From assembly GCA_038205315.1 (NCBI GenBank), contig JBBRBY010000004.1, positions 23,826 through 87,825 on the forward strand: a stretch of 64,000 nt of DNA, given 5' to 3'. Source of the DNA: Gemmatimonadales bacterium. GTDB lineage: Bacteria; Gemmatimonadota; Gemmatimonadetes; Gemmatimonadales; Gemmatimonadaceae. This document shows positions 19,401 through 27,203 of the stretch, piece after piece. Numbering within the stretch: the stretch's first letter is position 1; the number at the start of each line of letters is the position of its first letter. The position numbers and the translations under genes were made by a program. Under the pieces are notes generated by a model. That model searched no databases and was not told where the DNA came from. It saw only the letters and a program-made list of their open reading frames with translations.

Positions 19401-20672
19401 TCAGCGATGCGAATCGCCGGAACGAGGAGGCGCGAATGCGCCGGAGAGGCGTTGCGCAGCTGCCAGATCCGTCGCGTCGGCTGGGGGCGAGCCAAACAGG
19501 CTCGCGAGCGGCGACTCGCTGTCGGCGGACGGTCGCTCCTCGTCCCGTCCGCGGTCGGAGGGACGTGCGATTCGTATGCGGACAAAGAAGTCGCGCACCG
19601 ACTCCGCGCGTGGCTGCGCGCTGCCCGCCGCCTCGAGTTCGGCGATCCGGCGGTGCAGTGCCGGATCATCACGCCGGAGAGCCAGCTCGCGATAGATGAC
19701 CAGAGCCTCCCCGTGCAGGCCCTGCTGCACGTACAGTTCCGCCAGGGTCTCGGTCACGAACGGCGACACACTGGAAGCCGGCCTCGGCGTGGGTGCCGCC
19801 GGTTCTTCCTGCCGATCGTCGGCGGAATCACCCGTCTCTGTGGTTTGTCGCGCCGCTGCGTCGTCCTGCTCTTCAACGGGTTCTTCGAGTGGTGCTTCAA
19901 CGGGCTCGCCAGCGTCCGGCCCGCTCTCCGGCCCGCTCTCCGGCGAGTCCACGCGGGAGTGCCACGGGCCCTCGAGTACCGGAGTCGGTTCATCGGCTCC
20001 ATCATCGGAATCCGAGCCATCTGGCCACTGTGTCACCTCGAATGGCTCTTCCGGATCAAAGCCGGACGCACTGCCGGCCGTGTCCTGAAACTCCGCTTCC
20101 CACTCCGGCGTCGCCCGCGCTGCCGCTGAGGCTTCGCCCGTGAAGTCGGGCTGAACGGTGTCGGGCTCGGCGACGATGTCCTCCAGCCGCACCGCCGCTT
20201 CGTCGGGCGCTGGTTCCGGACGGATCCTCGGAGGACTCTGCCGCTCGGGCCCGGACCGGGACGTTGCGGTGCCTGGCTGGGCCAGGGACCCGATGTAGGA
20301 CGCGATCTCCTCATTCCGGGGATCCAGCTCGAGCACCTTCCCGTACCAGCGCATGGCGCCGCCCCTGTCACCGTCGTCGCGAGCAATGTCGCCGAGCTGA
20401 CGAAGCGCGATGATGTTCTCGGGATCGAGGGTGAGCGCCTGCTTGAACACCGCCGCCGCCTCGTCCGACCGGCCTGCGTCGTGCAGCGCCTGACCGTACA
20501 CGATGTACCCGCTCATGTGCGTCGGCTGCTGCGGGAGGTACGTGCGGCACAACTCGATCGCGAGCTCCGGCTCGCCGGCCTTACGATACTCGTTGGCCAG
20601 CGGCGCGAAATACCGCTTTGGGTTCTCCTCGAACTTCCGTTTTAGCTCGTCAAGCCGGCTCGGGTCGGCCAT
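19401..20672 (-). CDS. TPR-repeat protein with a long acidic/proline-rich low-complexity centre
   Basis: N-terminal TPRs (YIVYGQALHDAGRSDEAAAVFKQALTLDPEN...), about 180 aa of a D/E/P-rich region, and a C-terminal TPR-like helix pair. ATG at 20672 has a GAGAGGA ribosome-binding site; the ORF-track start is a GTG at 20759. Confidence 0.7.
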   Translation of the reverse strand: MADPSRLDELKRKFEENPKRYFAPLANEYRKAGEPELAIELCRTYLPQQPTHMSGYIVYGQALHDAGRSDEAAAVFKQALTLDPENIIALRQLGDIARDDGDRGGAMRWYGKVLELDPRNEEIASYIGSLAQPGTATSRSGPERQSPPRIRPEPAPDEAAVRLEDIVAEPDTVQPDFTGEASAAARATPEWEAEFQDTAGSASGFDPEEPFEVTQWPDGSDSDDGADEPTPVLEGPWHSRVDSPESGPESGPDAGEPVEAPLEEPVEEQDDAAARQTTETGDSADDRQEEPAAPTPRPASSVSPFVTETLAELYVQQGLHGEALVIYRELALRRDDPALHRRIAELEAAGSAQPRAESVRDFFVRIRIARPSDRGRDEERPSADSESPLASLFGSPPADATDLAAAQRLSGAFAPPRSGDSHR

Positions 20673-20782
20673 CAACGTCCTCTCAAGGGGGGAAACGTTT
20701 GTCTCGCCGACTGCGGCGTCTGAGGGAGAAGATACTTCCGTAACCTTGATTTTGTCCACTCTGGGGAACAGCTTACCGGGCT

Positions 20783-22609
20783 ATGCTACAGTCGATGCGG
20801 AGTTCCGCAAAATACATCTGGATTTTCGTCACCGTCGCGTTCATCGGCGGATTCCTTCTATACGAGTCGTCAGGGCTTTTCGGAAGCGCCCCGATTACAT
20901 CCACCACTGCCGTAGCCACGGTAAACGGGGAGGACATTCTCGTCACAAACTGGCAGCAGCTGGCCTCCCAGCTCGAGCAGCAACGCTCGGCGCGCAGCGG
21001 CGAGCAGGTGTCGCTCGACGAGCGCCGGGCAATCGAGGACCAGGCTTACAATCAGCTGGTTGACGAGGCGCTGCTCCGGCAGGAGATGCGCCGGCGCGGA
21101 GTATCGGTTTCCGTCGACGAACTGACGAACGCCGCGAAATACAGCCCGCCGCCCCAGCTCATGCAGTCGCCGGAGCTTCAGACCAACGGCCAGTTCGATC
21201 TCGCCAAGTATCAGCGTTTTCTGGCCAGCCCGACTGCCAAGCAGAGCGGGCTGCTGCTGCAACTCGAGAGTTATTACCGTGACGCGATTCCCAAGCAGAA
21301 GCTTTATCAGCAGGTAACTTCGGGACTCTGGATCTCGGACGCATCGCTCTGGATGAATTATCGCGACGCGCACGACACCGCGCAGATCACGTACGCCGCA
21401 TTCACGCCGAACGATGCGGCGATCGCTGCGGCCGCGGTGAGCGATGCGGAGATCCGCGCGTACTACGACGCACACAAGAAGGACATGGCGCGCACCGGCA
21501 AGGCGCGCGTCACCGTCACGGTAATCCCGCGCATCATCACCGCAGCGGATAGCGCCGCCGTGCGGGACCACATTCTCGCGATCCGCGACAGCGTTCAGAA
21601 GGGCGCCAAGTTCGAGGACATCGCCAAGGCAGAATCAGCCGATTCCGGCTCCGCCGTGCGGGGTGGCGACCTCGGTAAGGGCATCAAGGGCCGGTTCGTT
21701 CCCGCGTTTGAAGTGGCCGCGGCGGCGCTCAAGCCAGGCGAGATGTCCGGACCGGTGGTGACCCAGTTCGGGTATCATCTCATCCGGCTAGACTCGCGCA
21801 ACGGTGACACCGTCGCGATGCACCACATTCTGCTCAAGATCGTTCAGAGCGACTCCAACGCGGATCGGACTGATCGGAAGGCCGACAGTCTTTCCAAGAT
21901 GGCCGCGTCGGCGGAAACACCGGACAAGTTCAACGCGGCCGTCAAGGCGCTCGGTCTCAAGACGTTCACGACCGACGTGACCGAGAACCAGCCGCTCATG
22001 TACAACGGCGCCAGCATTCCCAGTGTCTCTGCGTGGGCGTTCGGTGCGAAGGTGGGCGAGAGCAGCGATCTGTACGACGACGGGAACGGGTACTACATGG
22101 CCCGTCTTGACGCACTGACGCCTGGCGGCACACCATCACTCGATGCCGCGAAGAGCGACGTTCGCGCGCTCCTCGCTCGCGAGAAGGCGGTGCAGAGCGA
22201 AGTCGATCCCGCGCGGAAGTTTGCGATCGCCGCGTCGGCGAGCAACATCGCGCAGGCAGGCCAGGTCCTCAATACCCGCGTCACGAAAACCGACGCATTC
22301 ACACGTGTGTCGGGACTTCCCTCCCTGCCCGATGCGTCACGCGTGGTCGGTGCCGCTTTCGCGCTGCCGGTCGGCGCCGTGGGCGAGCCGATCCTTACCG
22401 ACCAGGCTGTGTACGTGATTTCGGTGGATCGGCGCGTCGATGCAGACCGCAAGGCATTCGACGCTTCCAAGGAAAAGCTCCGTGGTCAGTATCTGTCGTC
22501 CATGCAGCAGGGACGAATCCAGGAGTTCCTGACGGACCTCCGATCCGCCGCGAAGATCACTGACCGTCGCAAGGACATTCAGGCCTCGCTGCGCCGCGCG
22601 AATTCGTAA
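20783..22609 (+). CDS. ppiD: Periplasmic chaperone / peptidyl-prolyl isomerase PpiD-like (parvulin domain)
   Basis: N-terminal membrane anchor (YIWIFVTVAFIGGFLL), a SurA-N-like region, and a parvulin domain (GGDLGKG...FGYHLIRL). Confidence 0.8.
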   Translation: MLQSMRSSAKYIWIFVTVAFIGGFLLYESSGLFGSAPITSTTAVATVNGEDILVTNWQQLASQLEQQRSARSGEQVSLDERRAIEDQAYNQLVDEALLRQEMRRRGVSVSVDELTNAAKYSPPPQLMQSPELQTNGQFDLAKYQRFLASPTAKQSGLLLQLESYYRDAIPKQKLYQQVTSGLWISDASLWMNYRDAHDTAQITYAAFTPNDAAIAAAAVSDAEIRAYYDAHKKDMARTGKARVTVTVIPRIITAADSAAVRDHILAIRDSVQKGAKFEDIAKAESADSGSAVRGGDLGKGIKGRFVPAFEVAAAALKPGEMSGPVVTQFGYHLIRLDSRNGDTVAMHHILLKIVQSDSNADRTDRKADSLSKMAASAETPDKFNAAVKALGLKTFTTDVTENQPLMYNGASIPSVSAWAFGAKVGESSDLYDDGNGYYMARLDALTPGGTPSLDAAKSDVRALLAREKAVQSEVDPARKFAIAASASNIAQAGQVLNTRVTKTDAFTRVSGLPSLPDASRVVGAAFALPVGAVGEPILTDQAVYVISVDRRVDADRKAFDASKEKLRGQYLSSMQQGRIQEFLTDLRSAAKITDRRKDIQASLRRANS

Positions 22610-22627
22610 CGCGGAGCGTGCCAAGAA

Positions 22628-22667
22628 TGAAAGGGCGGCGAACCCCACTGGGTTCGCCGCCCTTTCA
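22628..22667. terminator. Bidirectional intrinsic terminator between ppiD and tatA
   Basis: Perfect 17-bp stem TGAAAGGGCGGCGAACC / GGTTCGCCGCCCTTTCA with a 6-nt loop, followed by TTATT on the plus strand. It lies 19 nt after the ppiD stop. Confidence 0.7.
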
Positions 22668-22740
22668 TTATTCCTGGCGCCTCGCCGCCGGCGTTTCGGG
22701 GCGGGCAAACCGAGAATATTCTCGATTACTTTAGCGCTGC

Positions 22741-23001
22741 CTAAAGGAGACGGCGCGGCTCGCGCTGCTCAGCATCGACCTCGGAAGGAGTCACGGGGCT
22801 CTGCAGATCGTCAGCCGTGAGCCGCGGCGGAGGCCCGACGTCACGGTTCGTGACGTTGCGCTCAACCTCGTTCATCTCCTTCTTGAACTCCTTGATGCCC
22901 TTGCCTACGGAACCAGCTATCTCCGGAATGCGCTTGGCGCCGAACAGAAGAAGGATCACCACCATGATGATCACCAATTCCATGAAGCTGAAATGCGGCA
23001 T
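22741..23001 (-). CDS. tatA: Twin-arginine translocase subunit TatA/E
   Basis: 86 aa. A single TM helix then an amphipathic helix: LVIIMVVILLLFGAKRIPEIAGSVGKGIKEFKKEM. Confidence 0.85.
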   Translation of the reverse strand: MPHFSFMELVIIMVVILLLFGAKRIPEIAGSVGKGIKEFKKEMNEVERNVTNRDVGPPPRLTADDLQSPVTPSEVDAEQREPRRLL

Positions 23002-23051
23002 ATAGACGACTCCGAGAGGGAAAAACGTTCAGCTACTGCTAATAACGATCT

Positions 23052-23333
23052 CTAAAATAACGATCGCGCTATAAGATACGCCAAAAGTACCCCCAGCAGA
23101 CTCAAAAGTGACACATCCACGGCCACCGGCCCCACCGCGAATTTGAGAATTACCAGGTCCACGGTGAGCGGCCCCAGTGCCGGAGTCACCCCGGTCGTGA
23201 AGAATTCCTTCACGGCGCTCGGAGGCAGGAACCGGCGAGAGACCTGCGTGAGGAGGCCGCCGGCGATGAAGCCGGTGGCGAGCACCATCCCGTAAAAGAA
23301 TGCGCCCTTGCGGGAAGCGCCGCGTGGTGGCAT
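23052..23333 (-). CDS. Small membrane protein (possibly DUF4321-like)
   Basis: 93 aa with two hydrophobic segments. Its start abuts the polyprenyl synthase stop (1-nt overlap). The family assignment is from memory only. Confidence 0.5.
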   Translation of the reverse strand: MPPRGASRKGAFFYGMVLATGFIAGGLLTQVSRRFLPPSAVKEFFTTGVTPALGPLTVDLVILKFAVGPVAVDVSLLSLLGVLLAYLIARSLF

Positions 23334-24352
23334 CAGGCGTGTCGCTCCATTACGTAGAAGATAGCCCCATCCAGCGCATTCCGCGCCTCTGATGGCGGGA
23401 GACTCTCGAGGGCGGTCCGGGCCTTCTCGGCAAATTCTCCGGCCCGATGTCGGGCGTATTCCAGCCCGCCGCGCTCCAGGACGACTCCGGCAATGTCGGC
23501 AACCTCTTCGTCTGACGGTTCGACCCGATCGAACAGAGCCTTCGCACGAGCCCGCTCAGCGGGTTTCATGGACCGCAATGCGGCGATCAGCGGCAGCGTC
23601 ATCTTGTGCTCCCGGAGATCGAGACCACTCGGCTTGCCAGTGGTATCCGATTCCTCCGTGAAATCGAGCAGATCGTCGGTTATCTGGAACACCATTCCGA
23701 GCGCGTCGCCGTACTCTGCCAGTGCGTCCGCATTTGCGGCTGCTCCGCACATCGCGCCCACACGACAGGCCGCCGACATGAGCGAGGCCGTCTTGGAACG
23801 GATGAGGAACTCGTAATCCTTTTCGGAGAAGGCCAGCGGCTCCACCGTGGAAAGCTGGGACAGCTCACCAACGGACATCTGCGTTGACGCGTCGATGAGC
23901 ACGCGCATCGCCGGCATGTTCTCCAACGCGACAAGTTGCGTCAGGGCCGTGCTGTACAGGTAATCGCCCATGATCACCGATATCTGATCGCTGAACAGCG
24001 AATTGATCGTCGGCATTCCGCGGCGCAGCATCGAGTGGTCCACCGCATCGTCATGCACGAGTGTCGCGAGGTGAACCATCTCCACCACCGACGCGACGAC
24101 TATCGCATCGCCGTTGGGAGCACCGGCGGTGTGGCTCGACAGAAGTACCAGGGTCGGACGGAACATCTTCCCCTTCATCGCGAGCAGGTGCCGGGCGGCG
24201 ACGGCAAGCATCGGAATGTTGCGCGTGATTGCGTGCTCCATGACATCCCGCACGCATCCGAGTTCCTTCTCGACCGGAGCCTGAATCTGTTCCAGTGTCG
24301 CCGTTCGCAGCCTGCCGGCCGCGTGCACGGCGTCCATGGTGTGCGCGGTCAC
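23333..24352 (-). CDS. Polyprenyl diphosphate synthase (long-chain trans-prenyltransferase, IspB-like)
   Basis: First Asp-rich motif LVHDDAVDH and second Asp-rich motif DDLLDF. 339 aa. Chain length cannot be judged from sequence alone. Confidence 0.9.
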   Translation of the reverse strand: MTAHTMDAVHAAGRLRTATLEQIQAPVEKELGCVRDVMEHAITRNIPMLAVAARHLLAMKGKMFRPTLVLLSSHTAGAPNGDAIVVASVVEMVHLATLVHDDAVDHSMLRRGMPTINSLFSDQISVIMGDYLYSTALTQLVALENMPAMRVLIDASTQMSVGELSQLSTVEPLAFSEKDYEFLIRSKTASLMSAACRVGAMCGAAANADALAEYGDALGMVFQITDDLLDFTEESDTTGKPSGLDLREHKMTLPLIAALRSMKPAERARAKALFDRVEPSDEEVADIAGVVLERGGLEYARHRAGEFAEKARTALESLPPSEARNALDGAIFYVMERHA

Positions 24353-26154
24353 GCCATTTCCGCCGCGCGCTTGAGGCGCTCACCGATGTCGCGGAAGTGA
24401 ATGTCCACGGCGAACACCCGGCGGTAAAACGCCTCTGCATCCTTCCACATCGCCAGCTTCTCGCTGGCGTAGCCCAGCAGGTACAGCACACCCACGAGCT
24501 TTGTGTCGGTGAGGCCGGACTCCTTGAGCGCTCCGCCCAGCGAGCTCAACGCCACCTCATACTCGTTCTTCTCGATGAAGCTCTGTCCGAGCGATTCGTA
24601 CGCGCGCACGCGTCGCTCGGGCGTCGCATCGCCGCGCATCGCCTTCTGGAACTGCGCGATGGCCTCGTTGAAAAGGCCCATCTCCATGTAAGCAACGCCC
24701 AGGTCGTAATGACTGTCCGAATCACTCTCGTCCACGTTCGCGGCCACGCCGGCCTTGAACGTCTCGAGCATCTCGGAGAAATCGGTTTGCACCTCGCCGA
24801 GCGTCTGCGTCTCGTCTTCCGCGGTCATGCGCGGGTTCTTGGGCGGTTCGCCCTCGAGGAGCCACTGATTCAGATCGACGAAATCGTCATCGGCGCGCGG
24901 AGTGGGCGGGGTCTGCTCTTCATCGATCGCCTCGGGCGGAAGTATACCCAGATCTCCTGGCAACCCACCTTCCACCGCACCGACGTCTGCCGAGAGGGAA
25001 GCAACATACCCTGTGAGCGTATCCGCGATGGAGTCGCCGTTCTCGAACTGATCCCCGACCTCAAGCCGCTCGATCTGCGTCCCATCGCCCGCGTCGAAGG
25101 TGTCAGAATTGATCGCGCCGTCCGCCGCCGCGACGTCTCCTTCCCCTTCGTGGAGCGTGCCACCAGAGAACGTGTCGAACGACGTGTGGTCGATGTCCAT
25201 GGGCGTGATGTCGTTCGCGGACGGCGCCGTGTCGAAGTTCGGGAGATCGAATTCGGCTAGCGTTGGGCCCGGTCCCCTCTCCTGTTCCGAGGTCATGGAG
25301 CCGATCGGATCCTCTACGGGAGTCAGGCCGGCGAGCGGCGAATCGTCGAACGCGGCACCGGCCCGTTCGTCAGCCGCAGAGGGCAGCGTGACGTTGCCGA
25401 ACGCCTCCGCAGTCAGTGGATGCTCCGGATCGGGGGCCGGCGCGTCCATTCTCTCCGGAGCGCCCCGCCTGCCGTATTCGAGATCGAGAAATACGAGACC
25501 CTCCCGCTTTGCTTCCTGCCGGGACAGGCCCACGCGTGGTGCAAAGTCGGGATCGAGCGCGCGGATGCGCTCGAGCGTGGCTGTCGCTTCGCGCCCTCTG
25601 TCCTCCGACAGCATGGTTTCATACACGATCTGCAGCTGCTCGAGCGCCTCCTGGGTGCGTTCTGCCCGCGCGAGCTGCTCCGCGAGCATGAGGCGAACGT
25701 CGTCCTGGCCGGGGCAGAGGTCGGCAAACTCCTTGAGGGCGCGGAACGCTTCGTCGAAGTCGCCGGCCTTTTCCATGCGGGTCGCGTACTCGAGGAAGTT
25801 CTGCTTCGCGTCAGACGTGAATCCCTTCTTCGCGCTTATCTTGCCAAGCTTGTAATAGATGACCGCGCGGCCCGGGGAATGGCGCAGCACCTTGTTACAC
25901 AACGCTATCGCATTGTTGAAGAAGCCCCCTTCAGCGTAGAGGTCGACAGCTGTTTCGTAGTAAGCGACCGCCTTGTCGAGTTCGCCCAGCCGAAGGTGGA
26001 GGTCTCCCACGCGATTGTAGAGAGGGATGTCGAGCTCTTCCGGGATTCCCGCCGCTGCCTCGATGGCCTGGGCGTATGACGCCAGCGCGCGATCGTACTG
26101 CCGCTTCTGCTCGAACTCCGCGGCTTTCCTCTTGAGCTGGGCAGATTTGGACAT
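24349..26154 (-). CDS. TPR-repeat protein with a long acidic low-complexity centre
   Basis: N-terminal TPRs (YDRALASYAQAIE..., VAYYETAVDLY...), about 250 aa of a D/E/P/G-rich region, and C-terminal TPRs (HYDLGVAYMEMGLFNEAIAQFQKA). Its 3' end overlaps the prenyl synthase start (GTGA). Confidence 0.7.
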   Translation of the reverse strand: MSKSAQLKRKAAEFEQKRQYDRALASYAQAIEAAAGIPEELDIPLYNRVGDLHLRLGELDKAVAYYETAVDLYAEGGFFNNAIALCNKVLRHSPGRAVIYYKLGKISAKKGFTSDAKQNFLEYATRMEKAGDFDEAFRALKEFADLCPGQDDVRLMLAEQLARAERTQEALEQLQIVYETMLSEDRGREATATLERIRALDPDFAPRVGLSRQEAKREGLVFLDLEYGRRGAPERMDAPAPDPEHPLTAEAFGNVTLPSAADERAGAAFDDSPLAGLTPVEDPIGSMTSEQERGPGPTLAEFDLPNFDTAPSANDITPMDIDHTSFDTFSGGTLHEGEGDVAAADGAINSDTFDAGDGTQIERLEVGDQFENGDSIADTLTGYVASLSADVGAVEGGLPGDLGILPPEAIDEEQTPPTPRADDDFVDLNQWLLEGEPPKNPRMTAEDETQTLGEVQTDFSEMLETFKAGVAANVDESDSDSHYDLGVAYMEMGLFNEAIAQFQKAMRGDATPERRVRAYESLGQSFIEKNEYEVALSSLGGALKESGLTDTKLVGVLYLLGYASEKLAMWKDAEAFYRRVFAVDIHFRDIGERLKRAAEMA

Positions 26155-26213
26155 GTCGAGAGGAAGTTAACGAACCCGCCACACCCGGGCCAGAATGACC
26201 CGCCGGAGCCACA

Positions 26214-27200
26214 TCACCGCGAGAGCGGCGAAGCCATCACATCGCGAATTCTCGAGATTCGGAGAGGGGCCTGAGCCTCCCCCCGGCAGGCATAGTAGCA
26301 TGCGTTACAGTTGACTGGTTCGTACTTCCGGAAGTCACGCCAGTGGAAGTCCACCGGGAAGTCCGGACAGCGCTTCACGTAGCCTGCTGGGTCCAGATGG
26401 ATGGTTCTGATTCCCGACCGGCAGGGCTCTGTGGTCTCGCCCCGGACGTACCTCGGGATCTGCTCCAGGTAGTAATCCGAATTCGTGATGATCCCGCGAC
26501 GTTCCCGCTTGAACGCCAGAAGCTCGGCCACGACCTCTTCGAGGAGGCGCACCTCGGACGCAGGGATGAGCCCGTCCGCATTGCCGTTCTTGCTGTCTGT
26601 GTAACAGCTGAAATTGACACCCACTCCGAGCTCGGCGGCGCGGCGGACGATGGGAATCAACTCGCCCAGGTTCGAGCGCTTGATGACAGTGTTGAAACGA
26701 ATCGCGTCGATTCCGCGCTCACGCATCGCCGGCACGTTGCGCATGATCTTCTCCACCAGTCCCGGAATCCCGCGCGCGTCATCGTGACGCTGGTCCAGAA
26801 AGTCCAGCGAAATGTTGAACTGATTGATGCCGGCATCCCATAGCGAAGCGGCGCGCTCCGGCGTGAGCGTGCCGCCGTGAGTTATCAGCGTCATGTACTT
26901 GACGCGGATGGCGCGATCGACCGCCGAGACGAGATCCTCGAGATCGCGACGGAGTGTGGGCTCCCCGCCGGTCCACGTCACCATCATCGGGTTGAAGAAG
27001 CGCGCGGCATCGGCGAAGCTCGCGAGCTCGCGCTCGCGCTCCGCCGAATCAGTCTTCCAGTAATCGCAGAAGTCGCAGCGCGCGTTGCAGCGGAGCGTGA
27101 CCTCGAAGTGGACGAGAATCGGCTTCCTGACGAGGGTGAGGTACGCGTATTTCGCCAGGAAGATCGGAACGTCCCACGGTGCGAATCTGGCGGAGAGCAA
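26214..27200 (-). CDS. Radical SAM protein with a C-terminal Cys cluster, function unknown
   Basis: CNARCDFCDYW (CxxxCxxC) and a TGGEPTL SAM-binding motif. C-terminal cysteines (EPCRSG..., KRCPDF, CNACYYAC) suggest an auxiliary Fe-S (SPASM/twitch-like) domain. Starts 3 nt after the lptD-like stop. Confidence 0.8.
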   Translation of the reverse strand: MLSARFAPWDVPIFLAKYAYLTLVRKPILVHFEVTLRCNARCDFCDYWKTDSAERERELASFADAARFFNPMMVTWTGGEPTLRRDLEDLVSAVDRAIRVKYMTLITHGGTLTPERAASLWDAGINQFNISLDFLDQRHDDARGIPGLVEKIMRNVPAMRERGIDAIRFNTVIKRSNLGELIPIVRRAAELGVGVNFSCYTDSKNGNADGLIPASEVRLLEEVVAELLAFKRERRGIITNSDYYLEQIPRYVRGETTEPCRSGIRTIHLDPAGYVKRCPDFPVDFHWRDFRKYEPVNCNACYYACRGEAQAPLRISRIRDVMASPLSR

Positions 27201-27203
27201 CGG

